From contig MU053482.1 of NCBI GenBank assembly GCA_013239625.1, positions 471,168-535,167 of the forward strand: 64,000 bases of DNA. Direction: 5' to 3'. The translations under genes and the position numbers were made by a program. The notes beneath the pieces are model-generated. The model was not told the DNA's origin, searched no databases, and saw only the letters and a program-made list of their open reading frames with translations. Of this stretch, positions 1 to 11,620 are shown in pieces (within the stretch, counting starts at the first letter, position 1; the number at the start of each line of letters is the position of its first letter). This stretch comes from Lama guanicoe (Eukaryota).

Positions 1-19
1 TTTTGTTACTGAGTCGTAT

Positions 20-455
20 GGACTTTAGCTTGTATTTTTTAAAAGCATAAGGAGGAATCTATTGGAGACTATTAGGTGGGAAATGATCTTTTTCAAAGAT
101 CACTGTGACTTTTCTATGGTGGGTGGGTGGATGGAATGGAAGGAATCCAGAGTAACAGGGAGAAAGATTTGTTTGGAGGCTTTTGAAGTAATTCAAGTGA
201 GAGATGATGGAGTCTGGACCAGGGTCATAACAGTGGAGATGAAGAACTGATGGATTTAGGACATACTGTGGAGGCAAAGCCAGCAGAACTTGTTGATGGA
301 CTGAATGTGAAGTGTGAGTGAAGGGGACAAGTCTAGGATGACTCCTAGATTTTAAGCTTGAGTAACTGGGTGAATCATGGCATCAGCTGAGACAGGAAAT
401 ATGAGGGAGACAGGTTGGGGGTGGGGAATCAGGAGTTCCGCTTTGATATGTTCAG
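20..455 (-). mobile_element. LINE-2 fragment
   Basis: L2 antisense signature (gtgagagatgatggagtctggaccaggg...ggatgactcctagattttaagcttgagtaactggg). Confidence 0.65.
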
Positions 456-1011
456 TTGTAACTAGCTGCATAACTGCTTGCTACCCGAGGGCAAACCTCT
501 CTGATAAAAGTTGAGTTAGAGTACAGCAGAGCTGAAAGCCAACACCAGCTCCCCAGCTTGCCCCCACGTATCAAAACTTACTAACTACAACTTAACTTCC
601 CTCGCTGTCTGGCTAGGTACAAGCTACACCGTGGAGGAAATGCAAATGAAGCACAGACTTGAGTATCGGTGCACAACCTCCTCACAGTCACCCGCTGGCT
701 AGTGACTGCGGTGCAACCATGTCCTTTAACAAAAGGCTGAGCAAAGAGGCAAAAACTTGCACTTTCCTCAGAAACCCCTCCCTTTTCTTTTCCACAGTCA
801 ACCAGGGGCATGGCTGTTCCTTTAGGAGAAGAGATTAGCAGAGTATCAAAGAAGTCCTTGTGGGTAAATGAACCCCTGTCCCTACGTACCGTCACTACTA
901 TTTCCCCCAGCGAGAACAGGGAACAGCAGTGATATACGAGTAAACTGGTTTGTACAGAATGTTTTCTACAAATCCACATCATTCTCTAGACCGCAATTTA
1001 TTCTTTTTTTT

Positions 1012-1043
1012 CTTTTACCTAGTGTTTCTTTTACCTAGTGTTT
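1012..1043. repeat. 16-bp exact tandem duplication (CTTTTACCTAGTGTTT x2)
   Basis: Read directly from the sequence. Confidence 0.9.
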
Positions 1044-2299
1044 CTTTCTTTTTTTTTAATTGCAGCTTTATTGAGGCATAACTGACTGAAATTCATTCTT
1101 GAATTATGCCAAGCACATTCTGCTAGTAAACTCAGTAAATTACAGATTCTGAGTACCATATGACAGCATAGCTCAAATACAATGACTGCATCCGATTTCA
1201 CTGTTGAAACTATCTACCAGATAAATTAAAATCTCATTAGGAAAATAAAGTGTCAAACAGTGAAAGGAAGGAAGAAATAGACACATGGCAAAGGGGAGAA
1301 ATATGTCCCATCCTGTCCTGACAGATGGGGTAGTGGGAGGTGAACGAGACAGGGAGGGAGGAAAATGACCAAATCAAATCGACCTGATCTGGGACTTTGG
1401 GATGGAGCAGTCAACTGAGGTGCTGAGGGCAAGGAGACTTTTGCCCTTTTCCCTACTGGGACTTCAGAAGGGAACTGCCCTGCAGCACGGACTTACTGTG
1501 GCCCCAAGAGCATTAAGAAGGCAGAGAAGCATGGACAGGAAGAAGTGTCCCTTGATCCCTACATGGTGTGGAAACTGAACAGAGACCTGTTAGGTTCAGT
1601 GGAGTATGAGGCAGAGAATCACTGAGGTCTGCAGCACTAAACAGAGTTACTGAGAGGAAGCCAAACTGGCAGGGAGGTGGGGCACAAGGCCCTGACAGCT
1701 GAGAAAGACAAGACTCCAAATTCATCAGCTTCAGAAGCAAATGTTGGCAGGACGCCCAAGTGTGGAACTGGGCCAACCATACCCAGAGGACTGCAGCTTG
1801 TGCACACCCAAGAACCAGTATTAGGCCAGGGGACCCCTTCCTTTTGACATCACAATGCCACATAAGCCCTCCTCTCCATACCCTGCTGACACGTTGGAGA
1901 GGAGCAAAGTAGAATGCTCAGAATTTGAAATCCTGAGCATGTATTTCAAAGAGAATAAATGAAGCCTAAAGAGACTGAGCCAAATTTATTTCTAGCCTCT
2001 TCCACTATCCAGTGGAGTTGAGGATGGGAGGAGATTTGTGAGGAAAATCAGATCAGTAATTGAGAAAAGAGCTAAATTTTATTTGCATATCCAAATTTCT
2101 GAGGATATCTGTGGTCCTGCTCTGCACACTGTATGCACTAATAATCCAACGACCAAAAACCTCACTGACGTGTGCTCTGTAGCTCAGCTGATACTCATGT
2201 ATTTATTTTCAGCTTTCAGTCTAATTTGAAATCTTCATTCAGAAATAAGAAATGTGGGGGAAATGTCTGAGAAGAAAAAAGAAAAAAAGTGCCAGCTTC

Positions 2300-2420
2300 G
2301 CCCACTAATGCCTAAGAAGCCCTGGTAGCTCTAAGACAGGAACTATTATTCCATTTTACAGATCAGGAAACTCAGACACTGGTTCAGTCGGTTATCCAAG
2401 ATCACAAAGTCAGAGCTAGT
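2300..2420 (-). mobile_element. MIR SINE core. Others at about 33200-33400, 39985-40180 and 48330-48540
   Basis: attattccattttacagatcaggaaactcagac matches the MIR core. Confidence 0.65.
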
Positions 2421-3119
2421 GTTTCTCTCTCTCTTTTTTAACCTTTATTGTATTATTCCTAGCTTTAAAACAATTCAGTCTGTAGTTACTACAACAAAAT
2501 AATACCTGGATCTTATTTTAGGTGAAGTGTACTCTTACTCAGGTTTCAAGTTCTTCCTCTCCTTTGCTGACTTTTCTCACTTGGTGAGAGAAGACTGGAC
2601 CCATTTTAGACCATGTGCCTGTGAGCTTGTGCTTGAGAGCTGGGCAAGGAATGGCATTTGAGTAGGAGTACTTTTAAAAACTTCAGGATGACAAATCCTC
2701 TTGGACGGTGCCCAAGACAGCACTACTTTATACTGAACTTCTTCTGCTTGAAAGAATACAGTCAGCATCCAGTACAGTTGTCACTGGCTGTCCCCGAGGA
2801 TCTAAGCCATCGATCAGAATGAGGATGCCAGTGCACCCCACTGAGGATTGCTTTCTCTAGCTGTGTGAGTCGGGGGAAGGAGGCCCCTCTGTGCTCTTAG
2901 ACAAATGATTAGCCCATCCCCGGGCAGTGTGAGTCTGCTGTTAAGACTGGCTGGTGCCAGCACCGGAGGTAGTGACACGGGCCTTTTGAGTGTTTAGTCT
3001 TTTTAGACTGAACTGACTAACCCATTTTTGGGAGCAGATCCTATATGCCACAGGTGCTGGAGTGGTCAACTTCGAGTCAGCTGTCTCCTTTAATCTTTTT
3101 AACAATCTTGTAACTCCCC

Positions 3120-3240
3120 TTTTTGTACTTTTTAAATTGAAATATAGTTGATGTGTAATATTATATAAGCTACAGGTGTACAGTATAGTGACTCACAATT
3201 TTTAAAGCTCATACCCCATTTATAGTTACTGTGAAATATG
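3120..3240 (-). mobile_element. Short LINE-1 3' end fragment
   Basis: ttttaaattgaaatatagttgat...ggtgtacagtatagtgactcacaatttttaaag is the reverse complement of the same L1 3' end seen at 22740-23055. Confidence 0.7.
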
Positions 3241-3479
3241 CAGAGCCAGTTTTTGAATCCAGGCATTTGTCTCCAGAACCCATTCTCTCTACAACATTCT
3301 GTTGCCTCTAATGTAACAAGTTAGGCAGACAGTGGAACACAAGAATTCTCATGCACTGTTGGGAGATGGGAATACTGGCGTACTCTGGGGAGCAATTTAG
3401 CAGCACTTAATGAAAATCAATTAAGTACAGTATGTCCTCGCAGTTCCGCTCCTGGGTTTATGTCTCAGAGAGTCACACA

Positions 3480-6400
3480 CAAAATGAGCTGGGAAGTGTT
3501 CTGTCCTACTCCAATCCTCCTCTGTCAGATACGGGGTTTGCAAATCTTTTCTCCCAGTCTGTAGCTTCTTATCTTCATAGGGTCTTCCACAGAAGCAAAG
3601 GTTTTAAATTTTGATAAATTCCCAGTTTACCATTTTTTTTGCCTTTATGAATCATGCTTTTGACATCAAGTTTACAACTCTTCGCCTCACCTTAGATATC
3701 AAAGATTTTCTCCTGTGTTTCTTTTCTAAAAGTTTTATCATCTTATATTTTACATTTAAGCCTGATCCGTTTTGAGGTAGTTTTTTGTACAAGGTGTGAG
3801 ACTAGGTCAAGACAGATAACGATTTATGTATGTATGTGTGTACGCAGTTATTTTTGCCTGTGGATGTCCAAGTTCTCCACCTCCACTTGCTGAAAAGGCT
3901 CTTTCCCCCACTGAATTATTTTTGCGCCTTTGTCAAAAAGCAGTTGGGCACAGCTGTATGGGTTTGTTTCTGGGCTCTCTGTTCCATTCTATTGATTTAT
4001 GTACCTATCCTTTCCTCCACCAATACTGCAGTCTTGATTACTGTAGCTACAGAGTAAGTCTTGAAATTGAGTAAACTGACTCCTCCTACTTTAGTCTTCT
4101 TTTTCAAAACTGTCTACGAATTGGAGTTCCTTTGCCTTTCCATACAAATTTTAGAATAATCTTATTTATGTCTACAAAAAAGCCACGCTGAGGTTTTGGT
4201 AGGAATTGTGTTAAACCTCTTTACCCATATGGGTACACAATTGATGCCTTTGCTTTGTTAAGTTTTGCAACCCAAGAACATGGTATGTCTCTCCATTTAT
4301 TTAGATCTTTGATTTTTTTCATCCGTGTTGTACAGTTTTTAGCATAGAAGTCCTATAAATGTATTGTTATGTTTATAGCTAAGTATTTCATTTCTTTTTG
4401 AGCAAGTATAAATGGTATTTTAAATTTTAGTGTCTACATGTTTATTTCTAGTGTATAGAAATACAATTAATTTTTGTGTGTTTATCTTGTTTCTTGTAAT
4501 GTTGCTGAACTTACTATATTCTAGGAATTTTTTGTAGATTCCTTGGGATTTTTTGTGCAAACATGTCATCTGTAAATAGGGACAGTTTAATTCTTCCTTT
4601 CTGATCTGCATGTCTTTTATTTCCTTCTCCTATCTTACTGCATTAACTAGAACTTCAAGCCCTGTACTGATAAAAGAATGGTAAGAGTGGAGATCCTTGC
4701 ATTCTTTTCAATTTTAAGGGGGAAGCATTAAGTTCTTTTTTTTTTTTAACATTAAGTAGATTTTTAAAAAATAGACATTCTTTAAGCTGAAGAAGTTCTC
4801 CTCTATTCCTACTTTTCTGAGCATGATGGTTGTTGAATTTTGTCAAATGCTTGTTCTGCACCAACTGATGTAATCCTGTGATTTGTCTTCAGCCTTTAAA
4901 TATGGTGGATACATCGACTGATATTCTACTACTGAACCAGCCTTTACGTCCCTGAAGTAAACTCCACTGGGCCATAGTATATAATTCTTTTTTTATATAC
5001 TGCTGGATTCTTTTTGTTTGTTTTTGTTTTGGGAAGGAGATAATTAGGTTTATTTACTTTTTAATGGAGGTACTGGGGATTGAACCCAGGACCTCATGCA
5101 TGCTAAGCACGCACTCTACCACTGAGCTGTACTCTCCCCCATATATTGCTGGATTCTATTTGCTGGTATTATGTTAAAGATTTTTGCATTTCTATTCATC
5201 AGGGATATTGGTCTGTATATCCTCTCTGGTTTTGGTATTAGAGTAACGGTAACTTCTTGAAATGATGGGAAATGTTCCCTTCTATTTTCTGAAAAATATT
5301 GCGTGTAATTGGTGTTATTTCTTCTTGAAACATTTGGTAGAATTCCCCAATGAGACAATCAAGACCTGGAGAATCTTTTTACTTGGGAGTTTTAAAGCTA
5401 CAAGTTTAAATTCCTTTAATAGTTACAGGGCTATTTATTTCATTTTGCATGAACTGTAGTATTTTGGTGTCTTTTGAAAAATCGTTCCATTTCAACTAAG
5501 TTGTCAAATATACATGCACAGTGTTGTTTGCAGGATTTCCTTATTATCTTTATGTATTTGTCTGCACAGGTAGTGATATTTGTTGTTTCATTCCTGATAT
5601 TGATGATATGTCTCTTAGTCGTGCTAGAAGTTCGTAACATTACTGATATTTTTAAAGAAACAGCCCTTTGTTTAATTGATCTTCTCTATTGGTTTGTTTG
5701 TTTTCAATTCCATGGATTTCTGCTATTACCTTTATTATTTCCTTCCTTCAGTTTGCTTTGGATTTTTCTCTTTTCCCCTCCTAGACGACTGAGATGGAAG
5801 ATATGATTATTCATTTAAGACTGTCTCTTTTCCAACATACACATTTAGTGCCACACATTTGGTGCTGAGCAATACTCAGTATTACTGTAGGTATGTCTCA
5901 CAAATTTTGATACATTGCATTTTCACTACATTCGATGTATTTTTATATTTCCCTTGTGACTTTCTCTTTAACCTGTGGATTACTTAGAAGTGTACTGTTT
6001 AGCTTCTGTTTGGAAATTTTCCTGTTACTGATTTCTAGTTTGATTTTTTTGTGGTCAGAGAACATATTCTATATGATTTCAAATCTTTAAAATTTGTTGA
6101 AATTTATTTTATAGCCCAAGATATGCTGGTGATACATTCCATGGGTATTTGAAAATGATGTGTATTTTGTTGGTGGAGTAATCTATAAATGTCAGTTAGA
6201 TCCCATTGGTTGAAGGTATTGTTGAGTTCTATGTATTTGTTGATTTTCTGTCTAGTTGTACCAGTTCTTGAGAGTCTCCAACTGCAGTTGTAGATTTGTG
6301 TGTTTCTCCTTTCAGTTCGATCAGTTCTACTTCATGTATTTTGCACACTGTTGTTTGGTGTATATACATTTAGTGTTGTTGTCTTCTTACTGCATGGACC

Positions 6401-8960
6401 CATTTATTATTGTATAATGCCCCTTTTATCCCTGTCAGATTCTTTTCCTCTGAAGTCTATTTTGTTATCATTGTAGCCACTCCTATTTTTTGACTAATGT
6501 TTGTATGATACATTTTTCTCATCCTCTTACTTTTAATTTGCCTATACAGTTATGTTTAAAGTGAGTTTCTTGTAAATAACACGTATATATAGTTGGGTCA
6601 TTTTTAAAAACTCACTCTGCCCATCTCTGTTGTTTAATTGGTGTATTCAGTTCAGTAACATATAATGTAATTATTGATATGCTAGGGAGTAAAGCCACCT
6701 TTTTTTTTTCTTTTCCTGTTTACTCTGATTTTCATGTTTTCTTTTTTCTGCCTTCTATGAGCTAACTGACTATTTTTAGAACTATTGAGTTATTTATACT
6801 GTTTCTGAGTTTGTATCTTTATATAGCTTTTTAGCTGTTGCTTTATGTATTAACATTGTATTCATTACTTAACATGGTTTAATGGTGGTGTCATTTTACC
6901 AGTTCAAGTGAAGTATAGAAACCTTACTTTCCTTTATCCGTCCCTGTTTATAACTGTCTTAACGCATTTAGAACCACATCAGACAATGTTGTAAGTTTTG
7001 TTTCAACCATCAAATACAATTCAGAGAACTCAAGAGAAGGAAAGCCAGCTGTATTTGCACACATTTCTGTGCTCTTCCATCCTTCCTGATGTCCCAAGGT
7101 TTCGTCTTTTATCATTTCCTTTCTATGTGGAGAACTTCTTTTAGCCACTCTTTTACGGTAGGTCTGCTGGTGACAAATCCCCTAGTTTTCCTTTATCTGA
7201 GAATATCCGAATTTCCCCTTCACTCCTGAGGGATATTTTCACTGCTGGTTCTGCGTTCTGGGTTAACAGTCCTTTTCTTTCAAAATCTGAAGAAAAAAAA
7301 AAAGTATGCCATTCCCCTATTGCTTCCATGGTTCCTGAAAAGAACTCTGCTCTCATTCAAATTGTTTTTTCCCTTTTAGGTAAGGTGTCATTTCAATTCC
7401 AGCTGTTTCAATTTTTTTCTTTAGTTTTCATAACTTCAATTATGGTATGTTTTAAATTGGTTTCTTCCTGTTTATTTTGTTTGGGGTTCACTTGCTTCTT
7501 GAATCCATATGGATTTCTTACCAAATCTGTGAAGTTTTCAGCTACTTTCCATCAAGCTACATCCTGTTTTTCATCTTCTTCTGGGCCGTCAATGACACAA
7601 TGTTAGATCTTTGGTTCTAGTCCCACAGGTTCTATCCATTTCCTTTAGTTTATTTTCTCTCTGTTGTTCAAATTGAGTAATTTGTATTGTCTTCTTTTTT
7701 TTCATTTTAGTTGTTTATATTTTTCAGTTCTAGAATTTCCTATGGTTCTTTCTTGTAGTTTCTGTCCCTGGGAAGATTCCCTACCTGTGTATTCATTGAG
7801 GCCGTATTTTCCTTGAATTTCTTACACATACTTTCCTTTCATTGTTTGGATACATAAAAACAGCTTCTTTGAATGATGTGACAGCTAAATTCAACATCTC
7901 AGCCCCCTAAGAGTCAATTTCTACTGAGTGTATTTTACCCTGAGTAAAAATTACTGTACAATTTCATATTTTAATAATTATAACAAGGTATAATTAATTT
8001 CCTATTTATTTGCATGTCTGGTAATTTTGGTTGAAAACTGGATATTGTGGATAAGTTGTTAAGTTTTCATTCTGTTATGTTCTAAAGATTTGTTGATGTT
8101 GTTATAGAAGGCATTTTGGGGTGGGCTCAAAATGCAAATTTTATATTTCCTGTGTTGAGCACGCAACAGTTGATCCATCTGCTTAGTGCTCTCGGCTTCC
8201 AGCAGCTGCTTTTTCAGCCTAGCCTCAGAGCACCTCACCTGCGTTTACATAGTTCAGACACTGGTCAAGGATTTGGGCAGGTCTCGGGGCTCATCTCCTC
8301 TACAGTCCTTTGGCTTCTGGGATTTTCCTTGTAAATTTCCAGCTGCTCTCCATTGCCAAAACCTGTCTTTTGACACTGCAGCTGGCACCCATGCTGGATA
8401 TAAACTGAAGAATGCACTCAGGCAAAAAAGCAGCAAATTTGCACATCTAACCCAGGGCATCTCTTATCATTCAAGGAATAGACTGTTCACTGGATTCTGC
8501 AGCTTTTTTTTTTTTTGCTAGGTCCACATGAGTCTCCCCTATACATGTGTAATTTAGTGGTCATCCAAAGACTTGGACAGTTTAGGTCCGTAGTTTGGTT
8601 TCACCCCTTACGCCACTCTCTCTCTTCCAGGATTTCGGCTCTTAAATTTCCAGCTGCTTCACCAGCCTTGAATTCTGTCCTCTGCTATTTTGAGCCAATA
8701 AGGCTGTGGTTTTCTGCCTTTGGAACTGGGGGATAGGGTGGGGCTGGAAAATGGGGTGGGGAAGGAAAATCTTCAGGCAGAAAGACCACAAAAATCACAA
8801 TTCTTACCCATTGCAGCCAAAGTCTTTCAAGGGTAAACTCTCCTCTGCTTTCTGCCTGCAAATTTTGTTCACTTTCCTGGACCTTCAAATAGTTGTTTTT
8901 CAGTCTGTATTTTGTTCAGATTTTAGTGTTGTTAATTGTGGGATAACTGGCCTGACAAAT
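3480..8960 (-). mobile_element. Old degenerate LINE-1 (ORF2 and ORF1 remnants plus probable 5' region); boundaries approximate
   Basis: Broken frames resembling ORF2 ([30 protein letters not shown]) and ORF1 C-terminus (TMEA..W...SEGEIRIFSDKGKL); T-rich + strand. Confidence 0.85.
5012..5140 (-). mobile_element. tRNA-derived SINE (camelid Vic-1-like) nested in the L1, with 17-bp target-site duplication
   Basis: Minus strand reads GGGGAGAGTACAGCTCAGTGGTAGAG...GGTCCTGGGTTCAATCCCCAGTACCTCC plus A-rich tail. Flanks ATATACTGCTGGATTCT (4995-5011) and ATATATTGCTGGATTCT (5141-5157). Confidence 0.9.
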
Positions 8961-9646
8961 TAACTTGAAATCTGGAACCAAGACTCATCTATACATTCTC
9001 AAGAGAAGATTTAAAAGAAAATTCTTCCTGTAATTTGTTGTAGTCACACAGATCTGGACAATCTAAGTGTCCTTAACTAGAGGAATGGCTTTGTTAAATG
9101 TTCTAAACAGACACGTGTTGGAACACTCTGAACAGATGTCAGATCCAAGTGTGTACTAGATCCCAGGGAGGCAGTATGAAGCAAAACAGATGATTCCCTG
9201 CTCTCTTGGAATTGACATTCTAGTGTGGTGAAATACATGACAATTATATAAACAAGTATGTATGTCATTTAGAAGATGGTGATGAGCTCCCTGAAGAAAC
9301 ACTAAGCATGATAAAGCAGTGGAAAGTATCAGCTAGGGAGCGAGACTCTCTGATACACTGACATTTGAACAGAGGCCTGAATCAAGTGTGGAAGTGAGCC
9401 ATAAAGATATGTGTGGAAGTAGTATCTGTGGAAGTAGGTGAAGTAACAGTACAACATGCCCGAGGCAGGGGCACGCCTAGAATACTCAACAAACAGCAAA
9501 GCAGACAGTGCGGCTGGAAAGGTGTGAGTGAAGGGGGCAAGTGTTAGAAGAGAACTCACAAGCACTGTGTGGAGTAGAAAAAGGAAGCTTTATAGGAAGA
9601 TATCATTTACATTCCCTGATGAGCACAGATTAAAAAGTCCCATACA

Positions 9647-9810
9647 GGGGGGAGGGTAGAGCTCCATGGTAGTGGGTGATGCCTACCATGCACAAGGTCC
9701 TGGGTTCAATCCCCACTACGTCCGTTAAAGAGAAATAAATAAATAAAAACCTAATTACCTCCCCACCCCACCCCCAAAAAGGTAAAAATAAATAAAAGCC
9801 TTAAAAAAAA
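9647..9810 (+). mobile_element. tRNA-derived SINE (Vic-1-like), second copy
   Basis: A box/B box (GGTTCAATCCC), AAATAAATAAAAACCTAATTACCTCCCC tail, imperfect TSD AAAAAGTCCCATACA / AAAAAGTCCTACACA. Confidence 0.88.
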
Positions 9811-11620
9811 AGTCCTACACAAAATACCATCAAACTGATTTCATCAATATATAAAAAGGAAATAATCAACTAAGCATTTTACTCCAAAAATTCACATATG
9901 GAAATAAACCTTTTACTTGCCACACTGACAGAATTTTTACAAAAGACATGATTACCTCAATTCAGAAGCAGCATTTGACAAAATTCAAAATCCAATTCAT
10001 GATAAAACTGACAGCAAATAGAACACATTATTAATCGGACCATTAGTCAGACTCTCACATCAAAATACCACACCCAATGATGAAATACTGAAAGCTTTCA
10101 TTCAAGGCTGAGAATGATTCAAAGACTTCCACCAACACCTATTTTCTTGAACATGATGACGGATGTCCTGGCCAGTGGAATGAGCATGAAAAAGAAAGAA
10201 ATGATACAGAACTGGAAAGGATGAAATAAAACTGATATGATATTCAGAGATGATATGAGTATAATATATGTGGAAAATAAAAGAATATAGATAAATTATT
10301 AGAATCAGTAAGTGAGGTTATTTAGCAAAGGTGTTGCTCCATGGTCAACATACAGAACTGGAAAGGATGAAATAAAACTGATATTCAGAGATGATATGAG
10401 TATAATATATGTGGAAAATAAAAGAATACAGATAAGTTATTAGAATCAGTAAGTGAGGTTATTTAGCAAAGGTGTTGCTCCATGGTCAACACATAAAAAA
10501 TTGGTTATATTTCTATATACAAGGAAGCAGAAAATGAAATTTCTAAGGATCCTATTTGCAAGACATTTAAAAAAGAAACAGTAAATGCCTAGGAATAAAT
10601 CTAACAAAAGATGGGCAAGAAGACTTTTGCACATAAATCTATAAAACATTACTGACAGCAATCAATGAAATGGAGCACAAAGACCAGAGAATTGGAAGCC
10701 TCAGTATTACAAATATACCAATTTGTCCCAAACTAATCTAGCATGAGGAAATCCCAGCAGGGTGTCTGGGGAACTTGACAATCATAGAAATGCAAAGGGC
10801 CAACAACAGTCCTTTTGGAGAAGGAAAGTGTGTGGGACTTGTGGTACCACATCCTAAGACTTCTTAGAAAGCTACAGTAGTTTAAACAGTCAGGCGTTGG
10901 TGCGAAGACAGACGTACAGATTAAGATGCCCAGAAACAAACTCATACATACACAGAAAAATACGGAAAGGTGGACAGCAACAGGAAAAAATTTTTTCCAA
11001 TGAACAATTTAGGGTTAATTGGATATCTTAAGTGAAAATAAAATTAAACTTGGCTCCTATTCTAACCACACAGAAAAATCAGTTGCACATGGGTTGTAGA
11101 ATTATGGAAAGCAAAATACTAATACTTTCAGAAGATAATTTAGTAAGATATCGTCATCCTTTGGGGGTAGGAATGACTCATTAAATAGGCACACACAGCA
11201 TTAACCATGGATGACGGATAAACTAGGCTACGTTAAGATTAAGAACTGCTAGACACAATACATGGATGAATCCCATAAACCTAATGTTGAGTCAAAGCAG
11301 CCAGATACATGGAAATATATGCAATTCAGGTATGGATGCTTGACTAGTGAGACTATAAAGAAAAGCAAGGAAATTCACATGATGAAAGTCAGGATGGTGG
11401 TAACTTGGTGAAGTCGAGAGAAGAAAAGTTTGGGAGGGGACACAAAAGAGACTTTTGGGTGTTGACAGCATTCTGTTTCTTAGTCTGAGTGGTGGTTACA
11501 CAGGTTATGACCTTGTGACAGACCACTAGGCTGAACATTTTTGTTTACTTTTCTGTATGGATGTGTGCTTTGTTTCTTTTTCTGATGTGTTCAATTAAAA
11601 GGGATTTAAAAAAAGATTAC
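9810..11620 (+). mobile_element. Old LINE-1 ORF2 and 3' UTR fragments
   Basis: A-rich, with L1 ORF2-like strings (gcatttgacaaaattcaa, ctaggaataaatctaacaaaagatg, tacagtagtttaaacagt) and L1M 3' end signature catggatgaatcccataaacctaatgttgagt. Confidence 0.75.
10204..10490. repeat. Near-perfect tandem duplication of about 141-146 bp (10204-10349, 10350-10490)
   Basis: The two copies differ by one 5-bp indel and two substitutions. Confidence 0.95.

Noticed and set aside
1..3100. 3' exons of the expected syntenic neighbour DNHD1; short ORFs at 581-982, 1513-1863 and 2577-2768
   Set aside because: No dynein-like peptide is recognisable in any frame and the ORFs have no supporting evidence.
5012..5140. 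tRNA-like sequence with A and B boxes (also 9647-9720)
   Set aside because: Has an A-rich tail and TSD and no complete cloverleaf; a SINE head, not a tRNA gene.
4420..7356. Functional reverse transcriptase or ORF1 genes
   Set aside because: Frames are broken by many stops and frameshifts; a dead L1.
10204..10490. Repeat-spacer (CRISPR-like) array or LTR pair
   Set aside because: Only two directly abutting copies with no spacer, in eukaryotic L1 sequence.
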